A stretch of 64,000 bases of DNA, from positions 29,078,001-29,142,000 of the forward strand of contig CM069144.1 of NCBI GenBank assembly GCA_035221665.1, read 5' to 3'. This DNA is from Okamejei kenojei (Eukaryota). The translations under genes and the position numbers were made by a program. Shown here in pieces: positions 12,936 to 25,796 of the stretch. Within the stretch, counting starts at the first letter, position 1. Each line of letters begins with the position of its first letter. Below the pieces are notes generated by a model. That model searched no databases. It worked only from the letters and a program-made list of their open reading frames with translations, and had not been told where the DNA came from.

Positions 12936-13262
12936 AAAATTGAGTTTTGCTAAAAAAATATCAAATATTGTTCCATTAAATTTCTTCACATACAGATCCT
13001 GAGACAGTTCAGAAATTAATAAATGAGATTGATCTGTCCATAAAATAGAATGTGATTAAAATACAGCCTTAAAATGAAATCTATGCAAATTAGTCAAAGT
13101 TCAAATGTATTTTTGGTAGCGGAATAAATTCCTGAAGAGACATGTAACAAAGCAAGGAGTATGTATTTCAGTTTAATATTTGAACTAAGTAAATTGTTTG
13201 AAGTGGCATTGTCATTTGTAGCATTGGCACTTGCTTTAAAAAAAAGTAACTTTTTCTTCCAG

Positions 13263-13377
13263 TTGGTATATCTTTCATGGCCACGAGCTGATCTGGAAGA
13301 ACAGGGAGCCTCTGGTGAAGGTGTGGCATGATCTAAGGAATAAGGGCCCTGGAACTGGAGGAAATGGACCCTCATAG
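13263..13377 (+). CDS. PARL: PARL last coding exon
   Basis: ttccag|T TGG TAT...; encodes WYIFHGHELIWKNREPLVKVWHDLRNKGPGTGGNGPS then TAG at 13375-13377. Confidence 0.93.
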
Positions 13378-14734
13378 GGAAGAAGCTGCATTTATTTTCA
13401 AAGATTCCCGAATGGATTAAGAGGAACAAGGACTGAAGCAATAACTGTGCTCAGGAGAAGGAAGAATTTACACCAAGACCCTGAATTTGTACAAAACTGC
13501 AAAGTACTGTGAATTGTAAACTGAAATCAGACTACAGAACTGCCTGGTTAGGAATGAAGAGGAGCATTTCAAAATGGTAGCATTGGGCAGACATTTAGCA
13601 GCCTCAAAAATTGAAATCTAAATTTTCAGCAGTTTGAAGCCGACTTATTTAAACTTTTTCAAACACCTCCACCTTTCACACTACCTCCTATCTGAAGGAC
13701 GAATCACCAAAACAAAAATGGTGTCAGCCAAATTTACCTGTCATGCTTAAAATCCATTATCACGGTATAGTCTTCATAGTGTACAGAGTTGAAGTGTTTT
13801 ATTTGTCTCGTACAGGGCGCATGTTTACAGAGTTACTCAAAACTGGAAATGCTGACGAAACAAGCTCAGAATGTGCGCAATGAAAACTGCTGAAGGAAGA
13901 TTAACCAGCTACGTCCTTGCAATTTACCAGCAGCCATGAACACCTTGCTCTTGTCCAGCTGGGTCCGCTCCCCCTATTAGGCCCTCGGCTAGCATTTTTC
14001 TGGAGTCAAATGGGAATTTTTAGTAGCCACTCACATACTTTGAACTTATTAGTCAGCCTCGATTCATAATCTATAGATTTAACTTTGTAATGCAAATAAG
14101 ATTTTCCACATAATACCTGTGTTGAGAATGTAATATTTGAATATTATGGCTTATAGATTGCCACCTTATTACGATTGAGGTCACCCCTCTCCATTTATAC
14201 TACTCAGAAAATTGGCTACTCTGTCCCAAAGCTCAACTGTCTAAATCACATTTGAGTTACAATAGTGTACCATTCCTGAGAACTCTTTGTAATCTGAACA
14301 TTTTTGCAAGTCGGAAATGTGGCTGTTCAGCAATATATTTAAATTAAAACATAGGCCATCCAAGGACAACAGGTAGTTAGACCAGACTGTTTAACACAAC
14401 ATTCAGATATTGTCAAAAAACAGTCCCCACAGGAGAAGATGCCTGCGGCAGGCAGCAAATCCATCTCACTGAACTCTCAGATGCTCATTCGTATGGATGG
14501 GCTTTTGTAACATAGGTGAGGACCTGAAATGCAAGAAAGAATGCAGTCAAGACAGAACAGCTCAATAACACCCACCATATGCTTTTAGGCTTTCAATGCT
14601 GTAGTGAGTTATATGCACTAGTCACATCAATGTTAAGTGACCACCAGTTGGAAGCTTTACTGTCATCACTGTTTTATTTGCAATGTCTTCTTGTGCAGTC
14701 TGCTGAGAAAGAAAATAAAAACAAAACAGATGCA

Positions 14735-14935
14735 AGAGACTGCAGATGCTGGAATATTGAGCAAAACTCAAGTGCTGGAGGAACTTAGCAGGTCAAGCAG
14801 CATCCAGAGATGGAATGGACAGGTTATATTTCGGGTTGGGTCTGAAGAAAGGGCCTTCCCGAAACATTGCCTGCATATTCCTTTTCCAGATGCTGCCTGA
14901 CCTGTTGAGTTTCTCCAGCATTTTTAATTTTGCTA
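14735..14935. mobile_element. Penelope-type fold-back element
   Basis: Arms tgctggaggaacttagcaggtcaagcagcatc / gatgctgcctgacctgttgagtttctccagca around gggtctgaagaaagggccttcccgaaac. Confidence 0.7.
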
Positions 14936-15851
14936 AATAAAAAAAACGGCTGCTTTTCAGGTTTATAAGAGCATGTTCCGTACAAAAGTATTTTTAATGC
15001 ATGTCACAACTTTCAGTGAGCTATGAGCTTTTGTCACTTCATTGAATTTTCACAATTAATGTAATTCACGTAAATGAATACAAGTTGCATAGGTGTTTCT
15101 GAAAGAACATTGATGGGGAAGCACACATTCAGTTACATAACATGACCTGATAGTTAAAATAAAATGATAGGTATTCACTTTTCATTTTTGGAAAGAAGAT
15201 GCAAGCCAGAGTTGTTTACAGGATTTGGAATTCAAGTTCTGGAATTTGTAATTCTTACCGGCATTGTGTTTCCATCAGTTTATGGTCTGGCAAGGGAAGT
15301 TTACCGCCTTTCATGATTCTGATTATCGTGCCGACCTGACAATGACCCATAACTGGAGGCAAAACAAAATGACAATTAGATCGCACTTCACTCAATCAAC
15401 CAAAGCACCTCAACAATGGATCACTTATAAAGTGCTTACTCATTGCAGATGCCTTTTTGTGTACAGCACAGTTCAGCAAGCAACAGACATGGTTGAATTG
15501 ATTGTTGGTCTCTGGGACAAATATAGAAGGTACTGGGTTAGCTCTTCAGATTGTGCTGCTGGGTATTTCGTGTCCACCTGAATAGATTGCCCAATTCTCT
15601 GTTTAATGTCCTTCTGAATCTTTATACATCCAATGTTTCTGGAGTCAAGTCTTTGTCTAGATTACGTGAAGAAGACTACATGTGCTACTTGAACCCAGGA
15701 ATGTCTGCATCAATTGCTAGGGTGCTTGCTTACAGTTGGGATACTGAGAACAGCGAATAAAATCTGTCACCAGATGAAGATTGCGATGGGCAACGTCTTA
15801 AACTGGGAAAATCTGCTTTCTTCCATCACAGAGCTTCCATGGAGCTCCTTA

Positions 15852-16031
15852 TGCCCCTGTCCCACTTAGGAAACCTGAACAGGAACCTCTGGAGACTGCG
15901 CCCCACCCAAGGTTTCCGTGCGGTTCCCAGAGGTTTTTGTCAGTCTCCCTAAAGTGGTTTCCGTTTTAAAAAGTCATAATTTTTAAGTATCCAGAGGTTT
16001 CCGTTCAGGTTTCCTAAGTGTGACAGGGGCA
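15852..16031. mobile_element. PIF/Harbinger-type MITE, 180 bp
   Basis: ~43-bp TIRs tgcccctgtcccacttaggaaacctgaac / gttcaggtttcctaagtgtgacaggggca; TTA on both flanks. Confidence 0.85.
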
Positions 16032-16689
16032 TTAGTTTTACTGTGCTCTCAATAATTATCCAATATACATTTCCTCCCAGCATAAACCTTGTGATTACAC
16101 ACTATTTCCGTATGAAAGAGGTTTTGTAAGAGTTTAGTGAAGTGCTGCATGGTCATATTGTGCAATTTATTTTGAAATGGAACTGTTCAATGCTAATTTC
16201 ATGTAAATTACTCATTCTTTTTGTCATTCTCATAGTGTGATTCGTCTCGGTCTATACACTTACCCGATCAAGCCAATTTGAAGTTTGTAGCATTGATTAA
16301 ATGCAATACCTCTTGATATAGTTTTTAATGCAAATTCTTACTCTGACCATTCGTTAGTATCAAACAAGATTAATAGCTAAGGTGTACTCAGACCAAGGCA
16401 ATACAGAGGGATACAGAAGAAGCAAATCAATTGCATTTGATTAACCATTTTGATTAAAATGTTGTTCCCAATGTATGACTAGATTATTTTTTATTTGGTT
16501 TATGGTTATGTAGTACAAAGTGTGCCAGCCACCTACAAATAAAATAGGTCCCAGATTTTCATTTTTCCTATCATTCCTTATTTCATAGAAGGCACCAATG
16601 CGACCCATTGATCCGTGCTGGCTCTTGAAGAAATGTCCTTCTCCCACCCTTTAAAATCCTAATTATTTCAGCAACTGCCTACAATAGAG

Positions 16690-17280
16690 ATAGTTTATAT
16701 TTGCCATTTAACCTGATAAGTAGCACACAGCTTTGGTGTAGAGACATAGAGCACATAAATAAGTCCTTCTGCCCTCCCGTCCATGCTACCACCCCAGGCA
16801 ATGTGTTTCAGATTGCAACCACCCTCTAAGTAGAAATCATTGGCCTCTTCTTCTCTAGCCCTCTTAGTCCTCAAGTTAAACCTCTTCCCTTTAGATGTCT
16901 TAATTATGGAGAAAATTGTCTTACTATCCATCTTATTATTTTAGATGGATTTATGTCCCTTATATTTTGCACCTTTCTATCAAGTCCTCCCTTAGCCTCC
17001 TGCACTCCAAAGGAAATAAACCCAGTCTACAGTCTCACCTTATTAATATATTCCATCCCAGGCAACAACCTGGTAAATCACGTCTGCATGTTCCCCCAGT
17101 GCAGACAGGTCCTTCCTATAACTTGGTGACTAAAACTGTACATTAAAAATTAGCTTGTGGCAAAGTTTTATAATGTTATATCATGATCTCCATGCTTTTA
17201 GAATTTGATGCTCTGGCTAATGAATCCTGCATGCTACCTTCACTGCCCTACCTGCCTATGCTGCCACATTTAGGGATCAA
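16690..17280 (-). mobile_element. Degraded CR1 LINE 3' fragment
   Basis: ccaccccaggcaatgtgtttcagatt...cctcttagtcct...aaggaaataaacccagtc, reverse complement of a CR1 ORF2 end. Confidence 0.55.
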
Positions 17281-17329
17281 TGGTGAAGGAAACCCATGCA
17301 GTCACAATGATACCATGCACATTCTCCTA

Positions 17330-17670
17330 CACTGGCAAAGTTGGTACAGCTGCTACCTCACAATGCCAGAGACGGGTTTGATCCTGACCTTGGGTGTTGT
17401 CTGTAAAGTGTTTGCATGTTCCCCCTGTAACCGTGTGGGTTTCCTCCGAATGCTCCAGTTTCCTCTCACATTGCAAAGACCAGTGGGTTTAATTTGCTTC
17501 TGTAAAATAGCCCCTAATGTGTAGAGAGTGGAGGTGAAAGTAGGATGACAGAACTGGTGCGAATGGGTGATTGATTGTTGGTGTGGACTAAGTGGGCCTA
17601 AGCAAAGATCATGTTATGCTCTAGTATCTTTGGGCCTAAGGGCCTGTTTCCATGCTTTATCTTTTAATCA
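17330..17670 (+). mobile_element. tRNA-derived SINE
   Basis: gggtttgatcctgaccttgggtgttgtctgt...tttgcatgttcccc...gggcctgtttccatgc. Confidence 0.7.
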
Positions 17671-19554
17671 CACAGCAGGGGAGGTCGGAATAGATAAGCT
17701 TGTTACAATCCCTTTGCTGAACTTGTATGCAAGCAGAATCTTCAAAATTATAACCCCACAAGCTTCAGTTGCTGGGGTGGTGTTTACTCACAGTTGGTAC
17801 ATAGTAAGAACCAGGTGCAATGAACTGAGATGTTGCCAATCTCAGATGAAGCCTGAGATTGGCAACATCTTAAAAAGGGAAACTATGGAGCTGTTTTAAT
17901 ATTCTTGCAGCAATGGTCAAAAATATGTTTCCTCACTGTACAGGCCTGTTGTTGCATCCTTACCATATGGAAGGAGTTTTGTAAGATGTTAGTGAGTTGT
18001 TACATTGTCATATTGTGTAATATATTAACATTGAAACAGTGCCATACCAATTTCCAGTAAATTATTCCATTATTTGATCATCCTGTGTTTGACTACATCT
18101 CCAGACCAAATGCTTTCCCACTCAATGTTGGCATCAACAGTGTTAATTATTGCCCGCCTAGCCTCACAGGTTAAAAATTAGCCATGCGTTTTGAAACTGC
18201 TTCAAATCCAAGGGTCCCAACCCCACACTTCTGTCCATTTCTCTCCACAAATCCATTGCGGAGTTTCTTCAGAATGCTTTTTGCCCACATTTTAACAGCC
18301 AGTTTTCATTTCAATGTTTTCTCATGCAAGAACTCAGCTAATGGATGAGATTTGGGATTTGGGATTTTGGACACTTGGAGGTTAGGCTGTGGTTGTATCA
18401 TTGAGGAGACGGTGAGATGTGGGGAGGGCAAAGGATTCCTCCTGGAACACCAAAAATAAACAATCTGAAAGATTGATTCAGATCTTCCAGCAGTCAGTTT
18501 GGACTGATTTTGGAAAACTGCCCCTGTTCTTCTCTTTGAACTAAAAATGTAAGCTGGCTTCTCAAGACATCAGTGGATTTGTTCTCCATATCTGATTGCG
18601 CCCTTGAGGTTGAGTGTTCTGCTCACTGGCTTACAGCAGATGGAAATTGGGGTACAATGGGAAGGGAATGAGAATTGTTACCCTCATTTTAAACGCTTTC
18701 AGCCAATGTGAATATTATTAATAGAATTTGTTGTAAATATGTTGAAAATCCAATTCTCCAATCATGGTTATGGTCAGTCAAATAGCAGAGCTAAATATGT
18801 GAAATGCTACTCTTTTTAAATATCCCTGGAAATCTGGAATCCCCTGCATGACCCGGTCATGCATATTCCAGTCTCCCAAAGGCTGTTGACTTCAGTGACC
18901 GAAGCCTATTGACCCATCAAAAGGTTTGTCCCAAAATGGTTTTATCATCAGAAATGCATGTGCTGACAGAAACTGCAGAATTGCCATTCCCTAGGAATTA
19001 TCACGAAGGATCATCAGAGGCAACCTGTTAATTAATTACTAACTTCAAGTTAAACAAACCGTAATCTGTTTTCAGGTTCCTGTTACTGTGATTTATTTTT
19101 GTTCCATTGTTTGGACTCCTTGATTCCTTAACTAAAGGTATTTGTAATCCCAAGCAAGAAAATGATTAAATATTTTCCAAATGGTTGCCACAGATCAGGC
19201 AAATGATGCAATTTCTTGATAAAAGTGGATGAGACTAATCCTTGCTTTGTTTGTGCAGATCCCTGTGGAATAGGCTTGTACATCCAATGTAACCAGTGCA
19301 AAATGCTTACTACTGCCTCTTGTGAATTGCTCGCAGATCACAGTCCTTTGGGCAATGCACAGCTGTTATGGCAGCCAGTAGAAGGAAGGAAAGGCTTAGC
19401 AGGGTGGCCGTGTTGGGAGAGGGGTTGTGTTGACTTGAAGTGCTATGATGAGTGGGAGTGCAGTGTTGGGGCTCAAGAGGGGTTGGCTAGGGTATTGGGC
19501 AACAAAGTATGGTCTGTTTTTCTGTGTAATTCTTCCTAGGTTTTTGGTGTTGGA

Positions 19555-20405
19555 AAGATGGAAGGTGGGATAGTGGAATGCTCCTCCTGCGGGATGTTGG
19601 AAGTCGGGGATTTCCAGTGCCGCTGAGGATAACACCTGCAGTGTGTTCAGCTGCAGCTCCTTACGGACCGTGTTAAGGAACTAGACCTGCATCTGGATGA
19701 CTTCAGGATTAACCAGAGGTGTCGGAATGTCATAGGAATTACAATGAAGTAGTCATGCCTAAGGTACATGTAGGAAGTAGATGGGTCACCATCAGGAAAG
19801 GGAATAGGCAGGATGCAGGAATCCCCTGGGGTCATTCCCTTTGACAATATGTATTCTTCTTTGGATATTGTTGTAGGGGAGGACTGGTTGGGAGAACAGC
19901 GGCAGCAGTGGTCCTGTCTGCAATGTCAGGCCTGGCTGGGAGGCGCAGCCAGGGAGGGAAAAGTCAGACAGAGCCATAGGTGATTGGAGACTCATTAGTT
20001 AGGGGGGGCAGACAGGAGATTATGTGGCAGCAAATGGGACTCTGGCATGGTGTGTTTTCTCCCTGGTGCCAGGTTCCAGGATGTTGTTGCAGAACATTCT
20101 CGAGGGGAGAGCAAGCAGCCAGAAGTTGTTGTGCACAACGGCACAAATGGCAGGTAGGAACAGGGATGAGGTCCTGTGAAGCGAATATAGTGAATTACAC
20201 GGATTAAAAAGCAGTATCCCAAGTGCAGTAATCTCCGGATTACTCACAGTGCAACATGCTAGCAACAATAGGAATAGGAAGAATGGATAGTTCAGAAGCC
20301 AGTGCAGGCAGACAGGGATTCAGATGTTTAACCATAGGGATCTCTTCTGGAGTAGAGATGACTGTACAAGAGGGAGGGGTGATGATATGGTGAATGCACA
20401 GTGTT
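19555..20405 (+). mobile_element. CR1 LINE ORF1 relic (zinc finger/leucine zipper + GDSL esterase)
   Basis: ECSSCGMLEV, LQLLTDRVKELDLHLDDF, VIGDSLVRG and VISGLL motifs, with many frameshifts. Confidence 0.7.
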
Positions 20406-22451
20406 TACAGACATGAATCTATTTTATGTTTATGGGCAATGCTGATTCAATTAAGCCGCAATGTAGACTTATTTTATTTCCTGCCTTTTAAAGCAAGCTG
20501 CAAGCCCTTTCTACCAAAGATCTTTGCTTTCTTCTCAAAAGCCCAAACGCTCTGACTGAAGTTATTCATTCAGGCGAGTAATGAATACCAAGGTGTGACT
20601 TTCCCGTACTCAAATGTTAGGTCAATTTTAATACCCTGGACTTGGAACAAATAACAAATGACAATGAACCAACTGAGGCTTTCCGGTAGGCTGCTCAAGA
20701 ATAAAGTGCCACTGAAAAATGAACAATTGCAGAACATCAGATTAGGTAACTCAATAATTTAACAAGACTTTCTTTGCAGCAGACTATGGCTCGGTTATGG
20801 TATTGAGAAATAACCAATCCACCATCAGTCACACAATGCTTCAAGCTAGGAGCAGCTCAGCAGGAACTTTGAAAAGCTGACACTGCCAAAAAGCTGACAA
20901 ATCGAGAATGAAACTTTATAATGCTAGACTTGAAACTAAATGATATGGGCTTTGAAAATTAATCTGCAGTACAATGAATGTCTGTCATTTTTATTGTACT
21001 AAAAGGAAACAAGAGTTTGTAGTGTAAATCTAAATGTTGAAGGGGACAAAATTAGAAATTCCAGAATTAGCATTTCCATAGAAATCCAAGGGTATGCAAT
21101 CATTTTTTCCCCACACATTGTTACTGATTAAGTACATAAACACTTTACAATTGAAACTTTTAAAACAGAAAAGAACTGTTAGGGACGTATGTAGGATTTG
21201 GAGAGGCAGTGGGCAATTATAACCTTATTGGGTGGGTCATGATATGAATGTCTATTTTCTTTAACGGCAGACTCATGGGGTCATCTCTTAGTCTTGTGTT
21301 AACAGAAATATTATCGTCTCAGATCCATTACCCCGTTAAATTCACAGATATTCAACACTTTCCATTCCCAGTTACAGAGCACTGAAAACTAGCCAGCTCC
21401 TTGTCCTTCCCCATTCATTCTCCTATTTCAAACTGGCACTTTTTTCTTTACTCCAATTTAAACTGGCAAACTTGTTCCAATTCAGATGAACTGCTACTTT
21501 CTTATTGTTAAAAATTAAAATCATCAGATGTTGGCAGTCTTCCTGTCTACTCACTCCAGCTAAATGAAGGCATCCTCCAATCACCATTACTTTAAAAGTC
21601 TGCTTCCAAGGTTGCCTCTATTCCTCTCCATCTAACTGATCCCAGATTTTGCCTCTTTCGCTTTCTCCGTTCTCTTGTGCAAATCATGATACACTTTTGT
21701 CTATTCTTCCTTCCAGTCTCTTTCGACTTGCCCTTCCTATTCTTTATTTTATTATCTATTCTCTCTTAATGCACCTGATCAATCTTATTCAGTGTCACTT
21801 TCATGTCATTTGTTTTTGCCTTGTCTCTTCATTTCCGTCCAATGTTTTTATTCTTTTTGGCTTTGCATGTGCCCAGACTTTGCATTTGCAGTGAATTTAG
21901 CTGCAAAACACTGCCAAGAGAAATGCAAAGTATTATAATTTGGTTAAATGAACGGGGAGGAACAATATAAACTTGCGTGAATTATTCTAAAAGTAGTAAA
22001 GGAACAAAGAAATCAGTGTAGTTCTTAAAAGGTGAAAAATTGGTTGACAGTGATTTGGTCATACAAGACTGTGAGGAGGTTGCAAAGAGGCCTCATAGGA
22101 ATTTAGTCAAGTTGAGATACTTGTCAAACACATGGCAGATGTGGTATAATGTAGATAATGAGAGGCCATCTACTTCAATTGGAAAAACAGAATGTTATTG
22201 TAATGATAATAGTTTGGGAAATATTGAATGACTAAGGTAAAAAAGCCCAGGGTGTTTTTTTAAATATTTTCAGGTTATAATGATACACAGACTGATAATA
22301 TTTCCAGTTTGGAATGCAAGGGTTGCGTGTGAATCAACTCTAAAGTGACCCATATTTATTGTGGTAGAGATGACAAATAATAGAGAAAACAACATTCCAA
22401 GCATTTGATTTTGTTCTGTAATATTTTAACTTTCATGTCCTCCATTCCAGG

Positions 22452-22856
22452 AGACATAGATACATAGAAAATAGGTGCAGGAGTAGGCCATTCGGCCCTT
22501 CGAGCCTGCACCACCATTCAATATGATCATGGCTGATCATCCAACTCAGTATCCTGTACCTGCCTTCTCTCCATGCCCCCTGATCCCCTTAGCCACAAGG
22601 GCCACATCTAACTCCCTCTTAAATATAGCTAATGAACTGGCCTCAACTACCTTCTGTGGCAGAGAATTCCTGAGACTCACCACTCTGTGTGAAAAATGTT
22701 TTCCTCATCTCGGTCCTAAAGGAATTCCCCCATATCCTTAGACTGTGACCCCTTGTTCTAGACTTCCCTAACATCGGGAACAATCTTCCTGCATCTAGCC
22801 TGTACAACCCCTTAAGAATTTTGTAAGTTTCTATAAGATCCCCCCTGAATCTTCTG
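22452..22856 (-). mobile_element. CR1/HER1-like LINE 3' fragment
   Basis: RRFRGDLIETYKILKGL...SRTRGHSLRI followed by the standard tail. Confidence 0.85.
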
Positions 22857-23269
22857 GCTGAAGAATAATTTGGCAGTTGCTTTGCCCAAATATGTGCCTG
22901 CAAGCTTAAATGTTGGATATTAATAAACTGTGTGATCATTTAGTTTAGTGTTACGTGTACTGAGGTATATTACATGTTATCCTGTCAGCGGAAAAACTAT
23001 ACATGATTACAATCAAGCCGTCCAGAATGCACAAATACAGAATAAAGGGAATAGTGTTTCGTGGACTATAATGTCTAGTAAAGTCTGATTAAAGATAGTC
23101 TAAGGGTCTTCAATGAGGTAGATGGTAGTTCGGGACCTCTCATCTAAATGTCACAATGATTTTTGATATAGTTTTCAAGAAATAAACATATCTTTTTGTA
23201 AAGATATCGACTTGGCAATCATAAGTAGGGATGGCAATTTTTTTTCTTGGGTCAATTGCTGTAATCTAT

Positions 23270-23434
23270 CGTACACAAAAGGCTGGAGAAACTCAGCGGG
23301 TGCAGCAGCATCTAAGGAGCGAAGGAGATAGGCGACATTTCGGGTCGAGGCCCTTCTTCAGACTGGTCAGGGATCAGGGAAACGAGAGATATAGATCTCT
23401 CGTTTATTTCTCTATATCTCTCGTTTCCCTGATC
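23270..23434 (-). mobile_element. Penelope-type terminal fragment with hammerhead-like core and perfect hairpin
   Basis: Minus strand reads ctgaagaagggcctcgacccgaaatgtcgcc; 24-bp perfect inverted arms at 23372-23395 / 23411-23434. Confidence 0.7.
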
Positions 23435-23899
23435 TTACATCAGACTCCATTGAGGCACAGTAAATATATCCAAAGGGACTAGATTTATTTAAGGCAAAGT
23501 ATTATTTATATATATATATATATTGGATCTTTAGATCCTTAGATACCCCATGACACAAGTCTAAGGGATGTCTAAGTCTAAATCTAAACTAAGTCTGCAG
23601 CAGACCCCATGAGTCTGCTATAAATGAAAATAGACATTGATATTATGACCCACCCAATAAGGTTATAATCAAAACTTGTAAAGCAGGTACACTGCATGAC
23701 TTGGGTCATCCATTAGGATCACAATACAAACATATAGGGATACCCTAAACACAGTGAAATACAAGCCTACCATTATAGACCATAAGTATAATGTAGTCTA
23801 ATAATTGGCTTTTAGAGTTTTCCTGGTCCCCTTCCAAGCGTTGAAATCAACCTCTGGACTGCTTGATCATGGATTTGAACTCAAAGTAGGTTTTGTATC

Positions 23900-24420
23900 T
23901 TCAGATATATTTGGAATTAATAATCCACTATTTTGACCCTGTATTACAACCATCTCAGGCAGTGGTTCAACGTTCATGCTTGGTTTATTTTTCAGTGGAG
24001 ATCATTTGATTGACCTCCAGATTGGTTCCTGCCTCAACTATACCTGTTTAACTCTTGGAGACACATTTGGTTGAACAACCTCTGATGTGATCTCAATCCT
24101 CTTTTCACAGAGTTCTGCAGATATATTCCTCATGATAGGATGCAAATTATACCTTTGAGCAAGAAATTGGGCGCATTCTGAGGTTAGAAATTCTCTGCAA
24201 CTCTTGTTCTTGATGTTCATCTCTTCTGACCTCTCATCAACTCCATTTGAAACTGGGTGATATAAAGAAAGAAGAGCGTGTGTGATACCATCACGTTTCA
24301 TAAAGTATTCGGACAGCTGGATCCTGAGGGCCATTATTGAGTACAAATTCTTCAAGTAAAGCATTACTTTAATTCACTTTCAGTACTGGAAAATTATCAT
24401 TCTCCTTTTCACTATTCTAG
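23900..24420 (-). mobile_element. Old Gypsy (K02A2.6/Mag-like) integrase relic
   Basis: ORF 24038-24364: FMKRDGITHALLSLYHPVSNGVDERS...FLAQRY...SAEL resembles the integrase core NGIxH...PYHPxSNGxxER...SPAEL. Confidence 0.55.
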
Positions 24421-25024
24421 ATGTGTTCTCTGAGAAGACCTGTTTTGTCATGACAAGACCTCAAACAAGTTTTAGGCAGCAGTGGCACAGCTGATTGAGT
24501 CGGTGCCCCTGATCTCAGGTGAAATCTGTGTGGAGCTTGCAAATAAAAACTTTGGGAAACAATGCCCTTGCTCAAATGTCAATATTCACTAATTTCAGAA
24601 AAATGTTATTATTGTCTTGATTATCTAATAAATAGATTAGTTAACAAGTTAAAATATCCATAACTTTAAGCGCTGGCACTTGAGAGCTGAAAGCCAGAAG
24701 TCAACTAATCTACATCATCTCTGTCCTGAACTATTTGTGGAAACTTTTTTTGTTTCTGTTACTTCAGATGAAAATTTAAGCACTACATCAACTTGAGTTT
24801 ATTGTTCGTATCAAAAAACATTGATTGATTGGCTAATTGTTTTTTAAGAATGTTTAAAGTAGTGAATGAATGATTTTAAATTTGGTTTAGTTAATATGGC
24901 AACAGATTAAACCTTTCCTTTCTCTGAGTACATATCATTGCCATTTTTTTAGCTGGATTATTTATATCCAGATCATTTTTTGATTAGTGCTAATTGATAA
25001 GTTACTACAAAATGAATTTTTATA

Positions 25025-25796
25025 CTAGACCAAGTGGGATCCGTTGGGTCCCGTCCCCTCAACCGGGTGGTGGAGGGGCTGCGGCGTCACACACACTACC
25101 CACCCACCACACCCTAACCACCTTGATATTATATTAATATTATTCATTCATTCCTTTTACCCATCCCCCGCGCTATCCACTCACACATAGGCCCCAACTC
25201 GCAGGCGCGGCTCGAGAGGGAGGAGTGCAGAGACAGAGGGGGCGGGGGGAAGGCAGAGAGGGAGCAGAGGGGGAGCGGGGGGGCAGAGGGGGAGCGGGGG
25301 TAGAGTTTGAGGGGTGGGGGGGCGCAGCTTCACAGGGGAGGGCTGGTTCCCGAATGAAACACTCCCCTCATTCCAGCTCCAGGCTGTTTCTGCCCAGGTC
25401 TAGTCACCGGGCTCGGCCTGCGGCAGCAACCTCCCCACCGTGCGCCAACCTGGGGCAAGTACAGGGCCCGACTTGCTCGTTCTTTCTGCGTCTTTTGAGT
25501 AATCGGGGGGGGGGGCGAAGGAGTCGGCACGCACAGCAGCCCCATTGTGACATCATCAGCAAAAGACAGTCGTTTATAAATCTAAAGTTTTGTCAGATTT
25601 TTGAACATTTTCAGTAATAACTCGAGAAATAAAGCATCAAATTTTCAGATTATGTGATTTCGGACTCCACAGGAAAAATCTCTACTGGAATGTTTACATT
25701 TTACCGTTAGCGTGTCGTTTTTTTCGAGATATGATTATACACAAACAACAAATGCACACACACACACATCCAAGATCAAACTTTTAAGTATACAGA
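25025..25796 (-). mobile_element. Non-autonomous Helitron
   Basis: Minus strand begins A|TCtgtatacttaaaa and ends with hairpin gggacccaacggatccc + acttggt + CTAG|T; inserted between A and T with no TSD. Confidence 0.75.
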
